Both the position numbers and the translations under genes were made by a program. A stretch of 64,000 bases of DNA from Rhynchobatus australiae (taxonomy: Eukaryota), in assembly GCA_034780895.1 (NCBI GenBank), contig JAUZTB010000001.1, forward strand, positions 72,464,337 to 72,528,336, given 5' to 3'. The notes under the pieces are model-generated. The model had not been told where the DNA came from, did no database searches, and saw nothing but the letters and a program-made list of their open reading frames with translations. Within the stretch, counting starts at the first letter, position 1; every line of letters starts with the position of its first letter. This document shows positions 13,429 through 25,685 of the stretch, piece after piece.

Positions 13429-13501
<73 letters not shown>
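13429..13501. repeat. (CA)n microsatellite running into an assembly gap
   Basis: Directly visible. Confidence 0.95.
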
Positions 13502-14149
13502 NNNNNNNNNNNNNNNNNNNNNNNNNNNNNNNNNNNNNNNNNNNNNNNNNNNNNNNNNNNNNNNNNNNNNNNNNNNNNNNNNNNNNNNNNNNNNNNNNNN
13601 NNNNNNNNNNNNNNNNNNNNNNNNNNNNNNNNNNNNNNNNNNNNNNNNNNNNNNNNNNNNNNNNNNNNNNNNNNNNNNNNNNNNNNNNNNNNNNNNNNNN
13701 NNNNNNNNNNNNNNNNNNNNNNNNNNNNNNNNNNNNNNNNNNNNNNNNNNCCCTATAAATAAATCATGGGCTCATGTCACCTGGGAAGACTGATGCTTTG
13801 TCACCATCTGCTCAGGATAGGGATCAATGCTAGGTCTTGCTGTCCAGCAAGCCTGGGACTGATCCACCAGGTGGTCCTGATATTTGCTTGTTGGGAGGGT
13901 GGCATTCTTCAAGTTTCTTTGAGTGATTCAGGTAGCTGGCTGGCAGCCTGGCTGATTAACCATTGCACCTTGAATACTTGGAGGCAATAGTAATCAGATC
14001 TGTAGTTATAAAGAAGATGGATTTAAGCCTGGTCTCAGCCAACAGTCTAAATGCAGAATCCCTGTCCTTCATTCCCAGGAGGGCTCTTTACCATGTAGTA
14101 AGATTGTATCTGATCTTGTACTTCAGGATCACTTTCCTGAACAAACTCC

Positions 14150-14440
14150 ATATCCCTTGATTTTCTTAATATCCATAAATATATCAATCCCTGCCTTTAA
14201 CACACTGAGAGATTGATCCTCCAAAGCCCCCCTAGTAGTGTTCCAATTCGCCATCCCTTGAGTAAAGATGTCTCTCCTCTCCTGAATGGCTGATCCCTGA
14301 TTTGAGATTCTGACCCCTGATTCCAGACACCCCAGCCAGGTGTACATTGACCCTGCATCTACCCTGTCAAACTCACTAAGGATGTTTTACGTTTCAATGA
14401 GATCATCTCTCATTCTTCTAAATCCTGAGAGTAAGGGCTT
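14150..14440 (-). mobile_element. CR1 LINE 3' fragment
   Basis: Minus-strand translation RRDIFTQGMANWN...SLSVLKAGIDIFM resembles the CR1 ORF2 C-terminus. Confidence 0.65.
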
Positions 14441-15284
14441 AAATCTTCCTGCAAAGATTCAGGAGCTGGAGGAGGAAGATGATGGCAAAGTCTTTCATGT
14501 GAATTGTCCAAAGTCTCCATGAACTAACTACAGCGGAGACAGTGTCTCCCTGAATCCAGAATGTATCCCTTCCTCTGGATCCCACAGCCTTATGAATGCC
14601 TATAGACCTGGATCATAAATGTCAGCAATTACAGGTGAAAATGTTCAGTGTCTGCTGCTTGGGTTTACCAATGTTGGGTGGAAATGTTGTTTGATGCACC
14701 AGTCACAAGCCAGAAGGTAGTGTGTTGGGACACTGATGGCAATCACTGCACAAAGTGAGCAGATGCGTCTCCCCCAGAGAGTGAACGGAAGCGGATGCAT
14801 ACACTGAACCAGCAGATTTACAAAGTGTCTAATCAAATTCACTACAAAACCCTAAGGAGCATTAATCGTTCCTCAGGAGGAACACGCAGCTCCAGGTCAC
14901 TTCCATTAGTGTGAAGGAGTAGAGGAACAATGAGCGTGGTAGGTTGGGCAGGTCACGTTGTAGTGGTCAGAGATTGACTAAACTTTGAAGGATGAGGGGG
15001 TCGGGCATTGGTCTGGTTCCAGTGGGGGTTGGGTGCACTGGGATCTGGGTCCAAAGACTGCAGAAAGTGTAGACGTGACCTGAGCTGGTGGATTGTGAGG
15101 GCCGTCATTCAGCTGAATAAGATCAAGGCTTGGAAGTTTAAGCATTGCCATTGGACAAGCAATTGCGTTAACGTCTAACTTTGCTGATTTTCCTTTGCCC
15201 TCTCCCCACCCCATCCCTGGCAGTCCCACCTTGACGCCTCCCCTGCCTGTGGTCATACTGTGCCGGGTGAGGAGAGCAGCACGA

Positions 15285-15570
15285 GGGGAGGTACAGCACT
15301 GTCCAAGGAGCAGCGCTGCTTCTCCCACAGTGTAGTGCTTTCACTTTGTTACTACAGAGCTCCCTTGGCGCGGCCCCTCCCATAGCATGGCACTCCCTTC
15401 CACAGTGCGATGCTCCTTCCTCACCACCCCCACACCCGTCCCCACACCGCCCCAGAGTGCGGTGCTCCTTCCTCACCACCCCACAGTGTGGTGCTCCCTC
15501 AGTACCACCCTTCCTACAGCATGGCACTCTCTCCCACAATATTGCGATCCCTTAGCACTTCCACTTTCTC
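15285..15570 (+). repeat. Degenerate short tandem repeat (ccacagtgcgrtgctccytc-type units)
   Basis: Near-repeats at about 15324, 15400, 15452, 15481 and 15532, including two copies of tgctccttcctcaccacccc. Confidence 0.6.
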
Positions 15571-16359
15571 CACCCACAGACACCAGTCCTGTCATCTCTC
15601 CTGTTTTCCTGGTGCTGACATTCATCACATCCACGTGCAAGAGGACCACACAGCCAGTCCCATCACTGTGACTTTGCTCCCTGCACAGGCCATTGTCCTG
15701 ATCCCAATTCTTTCACCGTTCCTGCTCTTTCCACACATGCTCCTCTTCTTTTCCACCACGCACCCCCCCCCCCCGTCCCCCCACNNNNNNNNNNNNNNNN
15801 NNNNNNNNNNNNNNNNNNNNNNNNNNNNNNNNNNNNNNNNNNNNNNNNNNNNNNNNNNNNNNNNNNNNNNNNNNNNNNNNNNNNCCACCACGCACCCCCC
15901 CCCCCATTCCCACCACCAATCCTCACCAACAGCTCAAACACCTTTGCTTGAACTTGCTCACTTGCCAGTTGTACCCCAAGCAATCCTTCAGCACATGATC
16001 TAAAGAGGGGCTGGTGTTGCACCTTTTATCCCATGTCTTTACTTGGCCTTATTTCTGTCCACTATCTCTTCTGATCCCCAGTCACACTTACGCAATGTGC
16101 CACAAGAAAAAATCTCTGCAGGTGCTGCATTAAATTATTCCATTTTACAATATAATCCCCACAAAATAACAGCAATAATAACGAGATAATTCAATATTTT
16201 GATGGTGGTCGTTGAGAGAGAAGTTATTGCTATTTATTGCACTGTTTATTTTATAGTTTATAGTAATTTTATGTCTTTGCACCATACTACTGGCACAAAA
16301 CAACAAACTTCACATCATTACAAGTCAGTGATGATAAATCTGATTGGGAAGTATTGTCC

Positions 16360-16660
16360 AGTGATGCAGCCAGTTGAGCCGCTGCCTCACAGCTCCAGCA
16401 ACCCGGGTCCGATCCTGACCTCGGGTGCTGTCTGTGTGGAGTTTGCACGTTCTCCCTGTGACCACACGAGCTTCCCATGGGTGATCCAGTTTCTTCCCAC
16501 GTCCCAAACATGTGCAGGTTGATCAGCCACTGTAAATTGCTCTAAATCGCTGCATGGAGCAGGGGGAGTTAATGGGAATGTGGGGGAGAGTAAAATGGAA
16601 TTGGTGTAAATGGTTGATGGTCAGCACAGACTTGGTGGGCTGAAGGGCCTGTTTCCATAT
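16360..16660 (+). mobile_element. tRNA-derived V-domain SINE (HE1-like) with CR1-type tail
   Basis: gctgcctcacagctccagcaacccgggtccgatcctgacc head (B-box-like), tgtgtggagtttgcacgttctccc V-domain core and gaagggcctgttt tail. Confidence 0.85.
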
Positions 16661-16689
16661 TTCTTTACGATTCTTCTGGAGAGAATGCT

Positions 16690-16910
16690 ATAACAACACA
16701 CACAAGCTGGAGGAACTCAGCAGGTCAGGCAGAATCTATGGAGGGAAATGGACAGTCAACCTTTCAGGTCGAAACCCTTCATTTGAGTCCAGATGAAGGT
16801 TCTCAACCTGAAACAATTTCCCCAGTAGATGTTTCCTGACCCACTGAGTTCCTCCAGCTTTTTGTGTGTTGTTCCAGATTTTAGCATTTGCAGTCTCGTG
16901 TGTCTCCAGA
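16690..16910. mobile_element. Palindromic non-autonomous repeat (long inverted arms)
   Basis: acacaagctggaggaactcagcaggtcaggc is matched by cctgacccactgagttcctccagctttttgtgtg. Same family as 21545-21750 and 39205-39605. Confidence 0.75.
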
Positions 16911-16974
16911 ATACTATAGGTTGGTGACTCATTTCCTTATTTCAAGCTAATGGTGTTTCTTGTTTACAATGCAG

Positions 16975-17010
16975 GGTACCCACGGACCTCCAGGCGACCC
17001 TGGTCTAACA
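16975..17010 (+). CDS. col6a2: Collagen VI alpha-2 last triple-helix exon (36 nt; GTHGPPGDPGLT)
   Basis: atgcag acceptor and gtaagt donor. GPPGDPGLT matches the recalled end of the COL6A2 helix. Confidence 0.95.
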
Positions 17011-19279
17011 GTAAGTACTTTCTATTCAGGGACTCAGGTGCTTGGGGATCAAAGAGAAAATCCCTAACCAAACCCCAGCTCTCTTTCTATGTACCCACGA
17101 GGATTCAGCACCAGTCTTCGGAGATCCCACCCTCCTCCACTTGCCATTGCTTGCCCACCACATCCATTGTCATGGTACCCCCACCTTTCCATTCTGACTG
17201 GAAAACTCTGTAACCTGATTGGTTGACTCTTGACTGTTGGGCAAGCAACTTAACTACCATCACCCATCTGTCAAGCCCTCTCCCTCGTAGCCAGAACCAA
17301 ACAATATTTTTACAGGAGTAAGAAAGAACAAAAGGGTTGTTCAGGGGAATTGGGGAAGGAAACACTGGGGCAGAAACTGCTGCTTGCCTACACAGGTGAA
17401 TACACTGACCCTGTGTTGGGGGCCAACTCCCATTTTTATGTTTGGCCTGCAGCTTCAATATCCTATTCTGCACAAGCCTCGGGGTGCTGTGTGCAATTAA
17501 ACCTGCCTTCCTGGCTTGCCTACACAAAGGAGGAAGCACCTCAGACACAGATCATGGTGCGGGTTGTAATGGTGTGATGCCCAAAGAGTGTGGAAGAGGG
17601 AGAATTGGAGCTTCCATCATGGAAGCGGGTGGAGATCGGGACCTTGAGGATCGGGTCATCGTGAGGGAAGGAGGGTGTAATTGGTTGGCATCAAAGAAAA
17701 CACGGGGTAGTTAACCTGTTGACTCCAGCATCAAACTCTGCAGCAACTTGGTCTGCCTGCCATTCATAAGCAAAAGGTTTATACACGGGTGTTGAATAAG
17801 GTTTGCTCCCACTCAGTGACCTGTGCACTAAGGTGAGCATGCTCAATGTTTCAAAAAGACATGGGTGCAAAGGCTGTGCTGGGCAATAGAATTTCCAACC
17901 CAATATTATTTAATGCTCTCCTGTTGCTTTTTGTTGCTGTTCTTGGACTAAGGCACGAAAGCATTGCGGTTAGTCCATCAGACTAGACTCCCAGACCTTT
18001 GATCCAGAGGCACAACTTCATATCCCACCAGGGCAACTCAAAAATGTTAATCTAAATAATTAAATAAAGGTGGAGTAAAAAGCTGATATCAATATTGGCA
18101 TCCTTAAATTACCCAATTATTGTAAAGAGCTGTCCGGGTCACTAATGGTCCTCCAAAAAGGAAATCTTTCTGATCTGGCCTGTATGTGATTCCCGACCCA
18201 GTGAAGTAGTTGCATCTTACACTGCCTCATTACAGGGGAAATCAGGTGGGGGAGGGGGGATGGTGGGGGGGTGATTGCAATAAATGCTGATTCTCCCAGT
18301 GACGTCCTCATCTAATGAAAAATAAATAATACATGAAAAGTCCCAAAGCAATCCAGACCCAACCCTGGGGCCGAGCAGTGAGACTTGAGGCAACTGCAGC
18401 TTTGTGCTGAACCCTGTGCCCTTTGAGCTGGCGAGTTGATGACAGCTGGATGGAAACACACACGACAAGAAGCAGAGTTAATATTTCTGGGTCAGGTACG
18501 TCTCTCCAAAAAGATGTGAACCTTTCAATGCTAGTTTTCTGATGGAGGGGCGGTGCCTTGAAACATTAATTCTGTTTCTCTGTGTTTCCAGCATTTCTGT
18601 TTTATTTCCGATTTCCAGTATCTTTTGGTTTTGTTTTGCTGGAAGAGAACCAACCACTGCAATGGAAGGGGATGATTAATTATTAAGTCCTTCCTTGCCC
18701 AAGGTTGGGAGCTGATGGGCAGTGGGCTGAGGAAAGTGATGGAGCAGGGTGAAGCATTGCCATTTCCTATTCAAATCCATCTGGTGAGCACTACCTGGTC
18801 ATCTCAAGTTCCACTGAATCCAGGCTGTAGCCCACTGCCAGCACAGGAGCTCTCTCCCTGGACTTAATGCTGTTAGCCCTGCAGCACTCTCAAATTTCCT
18901 AGACACTGCTAAGAGAATAAAATTATATTTCTTCCAAATTCTTTGACTGTTGACATTAATTAGATACTAAAATATTAGGGATGAGGTTTCACCGGCTGTT
19001 AATGATAATCCAACAATGGACTCATGGGTTCTCTTTCCAAATGGCCTTTGAGAAGATGATGTCCCTGGTGAAGCAGTGGAGGGAGGTGGCAGGCTGATGT
19101 GTATTGTTGCAAGAGGGAATGTTATGAAGTTGTCGGCAACCTTGGAGTTTCCAGAAAGCTTTCGCCACTTCATTCAGTGCTCTCAGCTTTCTCCCTGGGC
19201 TCGTCTTTTAGTTGGGTTTCTGTGGAAGGCTTTGGATTGTGCTCCTCTTATTGCTCCTGACTGTTACTTCATTCCCTAG

Positions 19280-19325
19280 GACTGTGATGTGATGACATAC
19301 ATCCGGGAGACATGTGGATGTTGCG
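19280..19325 (+). CDS. col6a2: Collagen VI alpha-2 Cys-rich helix/C1 junction exon (46 nt; DCDVMTYIRETCGCC)
   Basis: ccctag acceptor and gtgagt donor, phase 0/1. CDVMTY.RETCGCC is diagnostic of COL6A2. Confidence 0.97.
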
Positions 19326-19969
19326 GTGAGTCTGTTAGTCCACAAATTGAAGAACTTAATATTCAGTCAATTTGCAGAGGCATTTTTCAATGGGACTTTC
19401 TGACAATAAAGGGGAACTGATGGAAGGGAACCATGCCTGCAGTACGTGTAAAGCAACACATCGTGGTGCCAGCTTCTCACTGGGTTTCCACTTGACTGAT
19501 CTGGATAGAACATTGGGACATCACTGGAGCATTGGCTGCTACTCTGCTGTTTTTTACAGTAGAGTCTTGGGTGCAATTTTCCTTTGGGTGTGTGGCTCCC
19601 TGTCCAACTGCAGGGCTGCCCCCAGTGTAAGTGGTCCACTATAGTGATAAAAATGGGGCTGACAAGGTGGGTCATCTCACTGGCTGCCAAGCTGCTGTTT
19701 AACTTCTTTTACGATAACAGCACAAGTGGTGTACCTTCCCAACACAAGGATAGTCAACAGGATTAGCTGGTTCTGTCGTCCTCCAGCAATCCCATTTCCC
19801 TATGTTCTTATAGTTACTAGTGGGGAATCACTGAATTGAGCAATCAGTGCAGTGGATTCATAGATTTTGGATTAGTCTGCTAACATACACAAATCTTATC
19901 AAAATGTATTTCAAAAATGTTCATTTGGCATATCTAAACTTCGTTTCTTTCCCTCTTTCCTCTCTCCAG

Positions 19970-20122
19970 ACTGTGAGAAGCAGTGTGGACCACTGGATAT
20001 TGTGTTCGTCATTGACAGTTCAGAGAGTATTGGGCTGACCAACTTCACCTTGGAAAAGAATTTTGTCATCAACACTGTGAGCCGATTGGGCACATTAGCC
20101 AAAGACCCCAAGTCTAAAACAG
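19970..20122 (+). CDS. col6a2: Collagen VI alpha-2 C1 VWA domain, first exon (153 nt)
   Basis: ctccag acceptor and gtcagc donor, phase 1/1. Encodes [50 protein letters not shown], with MIDAS DxSxS. Confidence 0.97.
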
Positions 20123-20669
20123 GTCAGCAACTCGGGAAGGCACCCTCGTACAAAGCTACCCCTTAATCAGGTTAATGGGAAATTTTCTTCACATAATCTT
20201 ATGTTTGGAATCCTCCCTACTCCATAATTTGGATCACCATGAAATAATTCATAGCTTTCTTTTTATTTTGCCTGTCTCATTCATAGAGTTGCACAGCAAA
20301 CTTCGGCCAACCACGTTGTTTATTGACAGGAATCCCCTTTGTCCACATTAGGACCATATCCTTCCATGCCTTGCTGTTTGTCATAATGCCTCTAACGTGT
20401 AGTAATTGTACCTGATTCTACCACCTCCTCTGGCAGCGCGCTCCAGATACAATCTTCATTTGCAAACGCTCAGCTTTCCACGTGTGTGTAAACCTAATCC
20501 TCAAAGGGAGTTGATCAGGACCTAGAGTTTAGAATGTGATGGTCCTCCATGTCTTGTGCCCTGTACTTTGCCTCCTTTCTGTGCATTCTGTTTGGCTCCC
20601 AGTGGAGCTTCCTCCTGCCCTGTTTACTCTCTATTATGCAATAACCTCATGGCGTACGTTGAATTGCAG

Positions 20670-21122
20670 GAGCCCGTGTTGGCGTCGTCCAGTACAGCCA
20701 CAATGGAACGTTTCAAGCGGTACAGCTCAACGATCCGAAAATCAACTCCCTCTCGACGTTCAAGGAGGCGGTCAAGCAGCTGCAGTGGATTGCAGGTGGG
20801 ACGTGGACCCCCTCTGCCCTCAAGTTTGCCTACGACACGCTGATTAAGGCCAACAAGCGCGACAATGCAAAGGTCTTTGCCGTGGTGATCACTGACGGGC
20901 GCCACGACCCGCGGGACGATGACACGCTGCTCACCTCCCTCTGCCAGGGTGATGTCATCGTCAACGCCATCGGCATCGGCGACATGTTCTACAGAGCAGA
21001 GGATGACGAGACCTTGCAGTCCATCACCTGCAGGCAGGACGGGCGCGTTCAGAAAATGAACCTCTTCGCCGACCTGGTGGCTGAGGAGTTCATCGACAAG
21101 ATGGAGGAACTGCTCTGTCCTG
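20670..21122 (+). CDS. col6a2: Collagen VI alpha-2 C1 VWA domain, second exon (453 nt)
   Basis: ttgcag acceptor and gtaggt donor, phase 1/1. Encodes [15 protein letters not shown]...[16 protein letters not shown]...[14 protein letters not shown]...[11 protein letters not shown]. Confidence 0.97.
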
Positions 21123-21544
21123 GTAGGTCCAGCTCATGGGAAGTAGCTTAAGCATGTCCTTTGGTAGCTTGGCTTACTCCTCAGTATTGAACAGTTTCCC
21201 CACCCACCCCTCCTACAGTGGCTCATAGACCTCTGTTGTAAGCCCTAACATTAAATCTTTTGACTAACTCATCCTCGTGAGACACTTAGACTTGCCACTG
21301 CACGAAGTGGTTAAGGTCAACGGTGTAGGGTATTGAAGGGGGAGCCTGATACACACACAATTGTCTCATTGATGGGATAAGATGCAGAAGAGTGGGGGAA
21401 AGCTCTTGTGAAGCTGCTAAACACCCCTCTGAAGCTGCTGCCTCGGTTGAACTGACAGCAGGTTATAAATGAGGCTCTCCTCACTTCCCTTCGCTCCCTA
21501 CCAACCATTTCTTTCAATGTATCACAAGCTTTCAAAAGCCCTTC

Positions 21545-21750
21545 ACAAGAGACCGCAGATGCTGGATTCTGGAGAAACAAACAATCTGCTGGAAGAATTC
21601 AGCAGGTTGAGCAGCATCTGTGGGGGGGGAAGGAACTGAAGGTGTTTCAGGACTGATGCAGGGTTTTGACCCGAAATGTTGACTATTCCTTTCCTCCCAC
21701 TGATGCTGCTCGACCCACTGAGTTCTTCCAGCAGACTGTCTGTTGCTCTA
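21545..21750. mobile_element. Palindromic non-autonomous repeat (long inverted arms)
   Basis: tctgctggaagaattcagcaggttgagcagcatc is matched by gatgctgctcgacccactgagttcttccagcaga. Confidence 0.75.
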
Positions 21751-22336
21751 AAACCCCTTCAGATGTTGGTGTCAAATCATCACAGTGCCTCCAACACCCA
21801 CCTCCCCTCANNNNNNNNNNNNNNNNNCCCCCCACCTCTGTTTCACTGCCCTTCCAGATGCCTGTCAGTAAATGTCTTGTTCCTTATGTCCAAATTCAAG
21901 ACACTTGAAAGGCAAGCTAGCCTTGATTAAAGCAAAGCTATAGGAGGGTACTTAAGCCAGAGTTGGGTGCATGGTTTGGGCTGAGGGGAAGTTGTGTTGA
22001 GGGACCTGTTACATTTCTTCCAGGTAAGGGTGGCTTTTCTCCTTTCTATCCATCTGGCTCTGCAAGTACCTGGTTTAAAGGTCTATAATGAAATGTTGCA
22101 CAAAGCTCCATGGGGTGGGTATACAAGATCACCAATCACCATCAGATCAAACTCTCCGTTGGGGAAACTATATAAAGAATGGGGCCTGCAACTGGTTTCC
22201 TGATTAGGGAATGGTGCACATTACATGATAGGCAGGGGATAAATAAGTTTAATTGAGGATATTACTCTGTTAAATTTGCTTTTAGGTTCTTACTAAAGTT
22301 GTGAATGATTTTACATCCTGTTTCTCTTCCTTTCAG

Positions 22337-22375
22337 AACCTGAGATTATCTGCCCTGATCTCCCATGTAAAACAG
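22337..22375 (+). CDS. col6a2: Collagen VI alpha-2 C1-C2 linker exon (39 nt; EPEIICPDLPCKT)
   Basis: tttcag acceptor and gtatgt donor, phase 1/1. Matches the recalled human PQIVCPDLPCQT. Confidence 0.96.
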
Positions 22376-23799
22376 GTATGTTCCAAATAAGTCAAAGCGC
22401 ATTGAGTAACTGCATCACTTTGAGACATTAGACTACACATAGAGAGGAGGCAAGCTGTACAAGAGGAAATTCTGCATGTTGACTACATGTAAACAGTTTA
22501 TAGAACTATATAGACTGCTTTTGACTGAACAGGCACCATGTAAAAGTAGACTATAGCACACAAGGTGTAGATATGCAGGCAACAGGATGTCTTCTCTCAC
22601 CCACTACTCTTTCCTTTGTGTTTAATCTTAAAAGAATTCATTGAAGCAACTTTGACAGAAAACAATAACAGCACATAAGTCTTGAATTGTGCATATTAGG
22701 ACCCTTTTCCCATATGGAATTGTAGAGACAGTTACCAAATCTTTTTTCTTTATAATCCAGATCCAAAGGTAAGAATATTTGCGTTTTTCTGTTTGATGAA
22801 TAACTCATTGTTGAAAGGATGGATCATTTGCCATGAAATGCAACTGATCTCTTGAATTGTATAAAATAAAATATTAATCTGAGTACATAAAATTGCCAGC
22901 TCGGACTGGACAAGGATGGTGTAAATGAGGTGCCATCCCTTTGTTTGGGCATCTAGTCATGGAGGCAGATGGAAAACATGGGTACTGCATCCTGATCCCT
23001 GTACCCTGCTGTAAGGTAGGTCCAAATGGTCCCCAGGGAAAGAAAGGCTGAAACTCCTTTTGATCCTGTGCTCAATCCTCTCAGTAAATTGATCTGCCTG
23101 CTTGTGTTATGAGTGGCCAACTGGTAGAGCACACAGGCCAACTGCCCGTTCCCCTCAGCCAATAGCAACCCCCCCCCCCCCCACCGTCCTCACCCCATGA
23201 TCTTGAGGTCCGGGCTGGCTTACATTAGGCTAACTTGGTTCCCTTCTCCAGGCTGAGGTCAATCTGGGAAAGCCTCTGTATAGCCGAGCCGCGGTGGAGG
23301 TTTGTGTTCCAAGCTAGCAGTGGTCCAGGTTACTTATGTGGGTCCCAGAGTAACCTCTCCTGATTCCCTGGGACCCTCATTGATAATTTGACTGCTGCCT
23401 TTGCTGGTCCTCTCCTGTTCCACCACTTGCGGAACTTCTCAGTCGGTGACAACATGAGGTAACGTAGGACACCATTTGAAGTTGAAAATTGACCTCTGGA
23501 ACCATACATGGTTGACTGCCTGTGGAATACTGGCTGGTTCAGGCCAAAGCCTCTGAGGTATCATTCCAGCTGCAGTAGAATTGGGATCCACCTCTGGATA
23601 CTCGAACACTCCAAATTCTTGAAATCAGCCTTCGTTCTTCTTCAGTTACTTTTGTTTTTGGGTTTCAGTTTGAAGTGCCACTGCCAAAAAGCATTGCTCA
23701 TTTGGTCTGTGCGCACAATTGCTGTCACAAAGTCCCGTCTTCCTTCAGACACAGCAAGAGGGAGAGCTTTGGGGACCAATATCTCAGTCTTTTCTATGG

Positions 23800-24110
23800 A
23801 GTGGTCACCACTGATAGAAAGCTCTCTGCCTCTCGGCTCCAGGGAACCTGGGTTTGATCCCGACCTCGGGTACTGTGTAGGCAGACCTTCCCTGCAACTG
23901 CAGGGGTTGCCACTGGGCTCATCCCACATCCCAAAGGGACGCTGGTAGGTTAATTGGCTTGTGTAAGTTGCCCCCATTGTAAGGAGGTGGTGGAGGAAAG
24001 GTGATCTGAATGTATGAAAGAGAATAATTAGCGGGGGTGGAATTGATGGGATTGCTCTTTTGGGAGCTGACATGGACTTGTAATGAATGACCTCCTTCTG
24101 TGTCTTACTA
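23800..24110 (+). mobile_element. tRNA-derived V-domain SINE, diverged
   Basis: ctgcctctcggctccagggaacctgggtttgatcccgacctcgggt head and tcccacatcccaaag...taggttaattggc core. Confidence 0.7.
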
Positions 24111-25044
24111 TTGTGATGGGGGGGAGGGGGTGGGGATGAACCCTGAAATGGACGGGGCATGTGGGTATTACCATGGATGTGTAAACCTGACTGGCCAGTG
24201 GAAAGATCGGTGATGCTGATTCATTACCTTGCCTGGTGGTGACAGAGCCGCTTAACTAAAGTGAGACCACTGTGGAAGTGGGAAGGATGGTTGAACTGTG
24301 TATGAACATAGAGTCCAAGCATGACGCTAACCATATGTTCCACTAACTGAGATGGCTGCATGCGCTCGACTGCTCTTTACAGCAAGCAGAATGCAGTGCC
24401 AGAACATGCCCTGTAAGGAGGCCCAGGGCCGAGCTAAACATAAAACATAGGTGTATGGACGAAACTATGGAATGCAGGAAGTGGGCTGGAAGGTGAGGGG
24501 AGGGCATGGTGTGCAATGAGCTATGTTGTAGAATCATTGCCTGCCAGTGTACGTTACAGGAGCATATGATCTGTAATTGAACCAGATTTGTTTGTACCGT
24601 GAGAAGAATCTGCTGACATATCGACAACTGCAATAGCTTCTGAACAACTCGGTGCATAAAGTTACTTAGTACCATTTAGGGTGGCTTTTAAGGAGTCTTG
24701 TGCATGCACTGTTATTACAAAGCTGCATGCACAACCTTTCCTGTTCTGGCTGTAACCCTAACCTTGCTGCTGACTCTCCTTGGTAACAATGGAGCGGGAA
24801 GACATTTGTCTTTGAACAGGAGAACATTGATTGGTTGTTGTTCTCGCACCTTTCCCCATTCAAATCCGCAGTGTTACTGAATGTTGGGAGGTGAGCAAGC
24901 TCGCACCTGCACGTGATTTCAGTGCTCGTGATAAAAGACTAATTGCTCCCCTGTGATTGCACATCACTGACTTTCCATATATTTTAAAACAACATAATTT
25001 TAGAAATTTCAATTAAATCTCCTCTCTTCCATCCAAATACCATG

Positions 25045-25380
25045 GGTTGTGGCTTAGCAATAACACTCTTGCTCCCAAGTTAGATGGTTAAGTCAGATCC
25101 AATGCAGAGGTTGAAGATTGGCACTGGGCTGTGGAACCGAGGGGAGCGCTGTGCTATCAGGAATGGCGTCTTAAAATGATATGCTAAACGTCTACTCTGT
25201 CAGGAGGGGCATCAATGTCTCCCGGGAAACTGTTCTGAAGCAGCATGCTGACTTCTCCATAACCTGGTGAACCACTGATGTATTTCATTGCTGTTTGTGG
25301 GACTTTGTTGCAACGCTGCGGGACTTCATAACATCAGGCATCTTGAGAAAATGAAAAGCACTACGTAAATGCAAGTGCCT
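25045..25380 (+). mobile_element. Deu-domain SINE (SacSINE1/AmnSINE1-like), diverged
   Basis: cattgctgtttgtgggactttg core and gaaaagcactacgtaaatgcaagt 3' end. Related copies at about 45520 (-), 48690 (+) and 56250 (+). Confidence 0.6.
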
Positions 25381-25685
25381 TCCTGCCTTTCCCCTCCTCC
25401 CCTTAACCTCTTCCTTTTTGTTCTTTATTTTTCCTTTTGATTCCTGTTCTTCTCTTGCATCCTCATTCCTCCTTTTACTTGTCCATTCCACAGTGGCCTC
25501 CGCATTGGTATTCCGTGCTTTGGTAAAGACCGTGATGCTGTTTCATGGCACATTGAGCAATCGTCTGTTCTCTTTGTAAGCTGTGGCCAGAAGGATTTTG
25601 AGAGGAGCTGTGCAGGTTTACTGGTAACTGAGTGAATGGTAGCCAATGCCAGCGAGCCTAAACTCTTCTTTTTAATCGTTTTCAG

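Noticed and set aside
16360-16440. tRNA-like A/B-box sequences
   Set aside because: They are SINE heads without a complete cloverleaf. No genuine tRNA gene is called.
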